36,976 nt of DNA from Macrostomum lignano (lineage: Eukaryota), in contig NIVC01000979.1 in NCBI GenBank assembly GCA_002269645.1, positions 1-36,976 of the forward strand, read 5' to 3'. How positions within the stretch are numbered: the first letter of the stretch is position 1; each line of letters begins with the position of its first letter. Positions 33,084 through 36,976 of this stretch are shown in pieces. The notes beneath the pieces were generated by a model. The model made no database searches and was not told the DNA's origin. It saw nothing but the letters and a program-made list of their open reading frames with translations. Position numbers and translations under genes: made by a program.

Positions 33084-36000
33084 ATGCTAAAAGACAACTT
33101 CAAACTGCTGTTGCTGCTTCTAGCAGCGCTGCTTTGCCAAATTGTTCACTGTCAGCAGAGCTGTCCATCGTCAGATTGGATTGAAAATGGAGCATTCTGC
33201 TACCTGCTAGTCAATGGCACAACCGGTAGGAGCTTCGACGAGGCCAGGACAGACTGTCAGGGTCGAGCGAACGGCGCCGATTTGCTGTGGATTTCGACAG
33301 ACAGCGAACTGAGCTGGTTTGAGGACTACCAGGCCAGGGCGTGGAACATTAAGAAGAACTGGGCGCAATGCACCGACTGTGACAGACGTGTGGAAGCCGC
33401 CTGGATCGGTGCCTACAGAGACGATTTGGGAATTTTCCGTTGGATAAGGGACAGCCAAGCGGTGGAAATCAATTTGTAAGTTGTTAGGTGAATGAACTGG
33501 ACAGTAGGGAATTAAGGACAGCCAAGCGGTGGAAATCAATTTGTAAGTTGTTAGGTGAAGGAAATGGACAGTAGGGAATTAGGGACAGCCAAGCGGTGAA
33601 AATCAATTTGTAAGTTGTTAGGTGAATGAAATGGACAGTAGGTGTTCTAGCTGTAACAGCATTAGCGAAAAATGCAAAAAATATTAACTAAAGACGGCGA
33701 AATGTTAAGTAAATTCTCATTTTTGCTTTTCCAGTTAAAACTGAAACCAGCAATCTACGTAAACCTTGGCGTAAATACAAGCTTTTACGATTCTTTCAGG
33801 AATTGGTACTTTGGCCAGCCTAAAGACACGCCGCTAGATTACATCCTAGCAGACGACACCGGATCAAGTATACGGTACCGGACTGACACCAGAGAGGCCA
33901 ACAGAAAGTTCTGGCACTTTTGCAAAGTGCAGCACAGAGATCCCACAACCCCCACCCCAATGCCGACTACAACGCTGCCTCCGTACCTCGGTCCGTGTCC
34001 AACTCGATACTGGACCGAGCAGGGCGACTCCTGCTACCTGCTGGTCAAGGGCGAGTCCGGTCGTAGCGTCGATGAGGCCGAAGCAGACTGCTCAGCTCGG
34101 AGCTCTAAGGCCGGACTCTTGTGGATTGAGACGGCAGACGAGGCCGCCTGGGTCATGGACAACTCAAAATCAGCATGGAACCTGAAGAGAGACTGGTCTG
34201 AATGCAAGGACTGCCAGTCCGCTGCTACAGCTTGGATGTCGCTGAGAAGAACCGGAGACGTGTGGACTTGGGGAGCAAAGACCGGCATCGATCAGTCTGC
34301 AGTGTCAGTGTCTCTACAAACTGTGTCTCATTACCTTGCTTCAATAGCAGCATAACTTACCTATCTGAAATCCTGACATTGTCCATTTCAGACGGTGGTT
34401 CACCGGTCACCCTAGAGCTACACCGAACGACTTTGCTTCGCTGTACGACACAGGAAACAGCAACGATCTTAGTGTGAGGAGCGAGACCGCCGGGTCAAAG
34501 ATGTGGCACATCTGCAAGTTCCGGTTCAGAGAAAGCACAGCCACGACTCCGCCGTCTACGTCGACTCAGCCGTCAACCAGCTCCGTCACCACCTCCGCGC
34601 CTACAACGACGCCGTACGAAGGAGCTTGTCCTTCATCCGAATGGATCGAGAACGGAGCTTTCTGCTACATTCTGGTCAAAGGAGCGACTGGTAGGAGCTT
34701 CGATGAAGCCAGGACCGACTGTCAAAGTCGGAACGCAGGCTCCGATCTGCTGTGGTTCTCCGACCAAAATGAGCTGAACTGGTTCCAGGACTACAGTGCC
34801 AGGCAGTGGAACATCAAGCAGGACTGGGATCAGTGCACAGACTGTGTGAGAGGCGTCGAAGCAGCTTGGATCGGATTGTACAGGGATGTGGCTACTGACG
34901 AGTTTAAGTGGCTCAAGACTGGAATGGCGAACGAACTGACCTTGTAAGTTGTTTGTTTTTGCTACATTTGTTTTTATTGCTTTTGCTTTTCAGTTAACTT
35001 AACTCCCGGTTATTTTTTGAATAATTCTTCTGAGGGATCGCAGATACTTTGCTATAGATATTATTCAATATTTGAATGGGCAGCAGCAAATCTATGAGTC
35101 ATTTTTTATTTTCCCAACACGTTTTGGTGCGAGTTATCTAAAGTAAAAACTGTGGTTGATATAGAAGTAATCTTTAGTTATTGCAGTCCTCATACATCGT
35201 AAGTTGTTACAGCTGCTTTCTGTCACGTTTGTTTCTTTCGAAAATGACAGATGAACATATTATAACCCTTGTATTGCAAGGTTCTTTAATTGACTTAGGC
35301 GTGCCTTTAACTCTATTTATCACTTACAATTGAGTTCCATTAAAGAAGAACTTGAGCACTGCAAGATATGTAACGCAAAATGTCTTTTGCAGAGACTGGT
35401 GGTCCACCCACCGAAAGACTCACCGGCCGACTTTGTCATCGCAGACGATACCGGGTCTCAAATGCGGTATCGCTCCGAGACCAGCGAGGCCAACAGAAAG
35501 TTCTGGCACTTCTGCAAAGTGCAGCACAGAGAGCTCACAACCACCACCCAATGCCGACTACAACTTTGCCTCCGTACCTCGGTCCGTGTCCAACTCGATA
35601 CTGGACCGAGCACGATCACTCCTGCTACCTGCTGGTCAAGGGCGCGACTGGCAGAAGCTTCGATGAGGCCAGGACGACTGTAAAGGACGAAATACGGAAT
35701 CAGACCTGCTGTGGATCGTAGATGAAAGCGAGCTCAACTGGTTCCAGAACTACAGTGCCAGGCAGTGGAACATCAAGCAGGACTGGGTTCAGTGCACAGA
35801 CTGTGTGAGAGGCGTTGAAGCAGCTTGGATCGGGTTGTACAGGGATGTGGCTACCGGCGAGTTTAAGTGGCTCAAAAATGAGCAAACCGTCAGTGTTACA
35901 CTGTAAGTCGTTCTACATTATTGCTTTGGGGACTACGCAGTTCTGCTTATCTATCAACTAAATAGAAGTTGATAACATGTCTTTAGAATATAGCTAATAA

Positions 36001-36976
36001 AATTTAAGACCATTAACACTGTGATCTGTTTCTAGAGACAGAAAGCGTTTGGCTGATGACTAACGTGGTTTTTGTGGCTAATTATTTAAACTAACAACAT
36101 TCATCCTGAATTTGGTTTTGACAAAGCTTGATTACTAACATAAAAGTGTTACCTGTTTTCAAGGACTTTAATGAACAAGAACCATACATGCGTACTTTGG
36201 CTTAAAATAAGAAACTCGTTATCCTAAACAAACGAATTTACCCTGCTGAATCACCGCATAAAATGTTTTTGTACACAATGAAATGCGCTCAAATATCGCA
36301 AAATACCGATTCTTCAGGGACTGGTGGCTCAACCATCCGAAAGACTCACCGGCCGACTTTGTCATCGCAGACGATACCGGGTCTCAAATGCGGTATCGCT
36401 CCGAGACCAGAGAGGCCAACAGAACGTTCTGTGCACTTCTGCAAAGTGCAGCACAGAGATCCACAACCCCCACCCCAATGCCGACTACAACGCTGCCCCC
36501 GTACCTCGGTCCGTGTCCAACTCGATACTGGACCGAGCAGGGCGACTCCTGCTACCTGCTGGTCAAGGGCGAGTCCGGTCGTAGCGTCGATGAGGCCGAA
36601 GCAGACTGCTCAGCTCGGAGCTCTAAGGCCGGACTCTTGTGGATCGAGACGGCAGACGAGGCCGCCTGGGTAATGGACAACTCAAAGTCGGCGTGGAACC
36701 TGAAGAGAGACTGGTCTGAGTGCAAGGACTGCCAGTCCGCTGCTACAGCTTGGATGTTGCTGAGAAGAACCGGAGACGTGTGGACTTGGGGAGCAAAGAC
36801 CGGCATCGATCAGTCTGCAGTGTCAGTGTCTCTACAACAGTGTCTCATTCCCTTGCTTCAATAGCAGCATAACTTACCTATCTGAAATCCTGACATTGTC
36901 CATTTCAGACGGTGGTTCACCGGTCACCCTAGAGCTACACCGAACGACTTTGCTTCGCTGTACGACACAGGAAACA
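33084..36976 (+). CDS. Secreted/surface multi-C-type-lectin-domain protein (>=5 CTLDs with Thr/Ser/Pro linkers), 3'-partial; several small indels as assembled
   Basis: Signal peptide MLKDNFKLLLLLLAALLCQIVHC. Exons 33084-33475, 33800-34303, 34392-34943, 35393-35902, 36318-36821, 36909-end, all introns phase 2. Each domain shows CP..W.....CYLLV, A..DC, LLWI and WIG/WMS motifs and ends in WH(F/I)CK. Single-base deletions lie near 35412, 35550 and 35673, and a compensating +1/-1 pair lies near 36430/36460 (by comparison with the paralogous copies). Confidence 0.88.
33447..33640 (+). repeat. 67-bp triplication spanning the exon-1 end and 5' splice donor of the lectin gene
   Basis: ACAGCCAAGCGGT[G]GAAATCAATTT|GTAAGTTG recurs at 33451, 33518 and 33585. 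Donor GT positions are 33476, 33543 and 33610. Confidence 0.92.

Noticed and set aside
1-36976. tRNA or rRNA genes
   Set aside because: I recognised no cloverleaf, intact A/B-box pair or rRNA-like sequence.

Overview
Eukaryotic (animal) genomic DNA. It has GT-AG spliceosomal introns, GC-rich exons, AT-rich spacers and many intronic minisatellites. The style suggests a flatworm such as Macrostomum, but that is inference only. I reconstructed four spliced genes by hand. (1) The 3' part of a + strand gene fusing an invertebrate-type TIR domain, with the C-x-x-E putative catalytic Glu intact, to a C-terminal three-fold beta-trefoil-like domain (1261-3391). (2) A 6-exon integrin beta on the - strand (13727-5895). 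(3) A complete 13-exon ANKMY1 (MORN + ankyrin + MYND) on the + strand (18695-30318), 3939 nt and in frame throughout. (4) A secreted or surface protein with at least 5 tandem atypical C-type lectin domains (33084 to window end). Genes 1, 2 and 4 carry small indels as assembled, which could be assembly error or pseudogenisation. Most long ORFs in the supplied track are translation artefacts of tandem repeats. The most interesting signals are the TIR/beta-trefoil architecture, CTLDs with a CxxC insert and one chimeric domain, and tandem arrays that are amplified splice signals. There are also several foldback, SINE-like and LTR-like relics.
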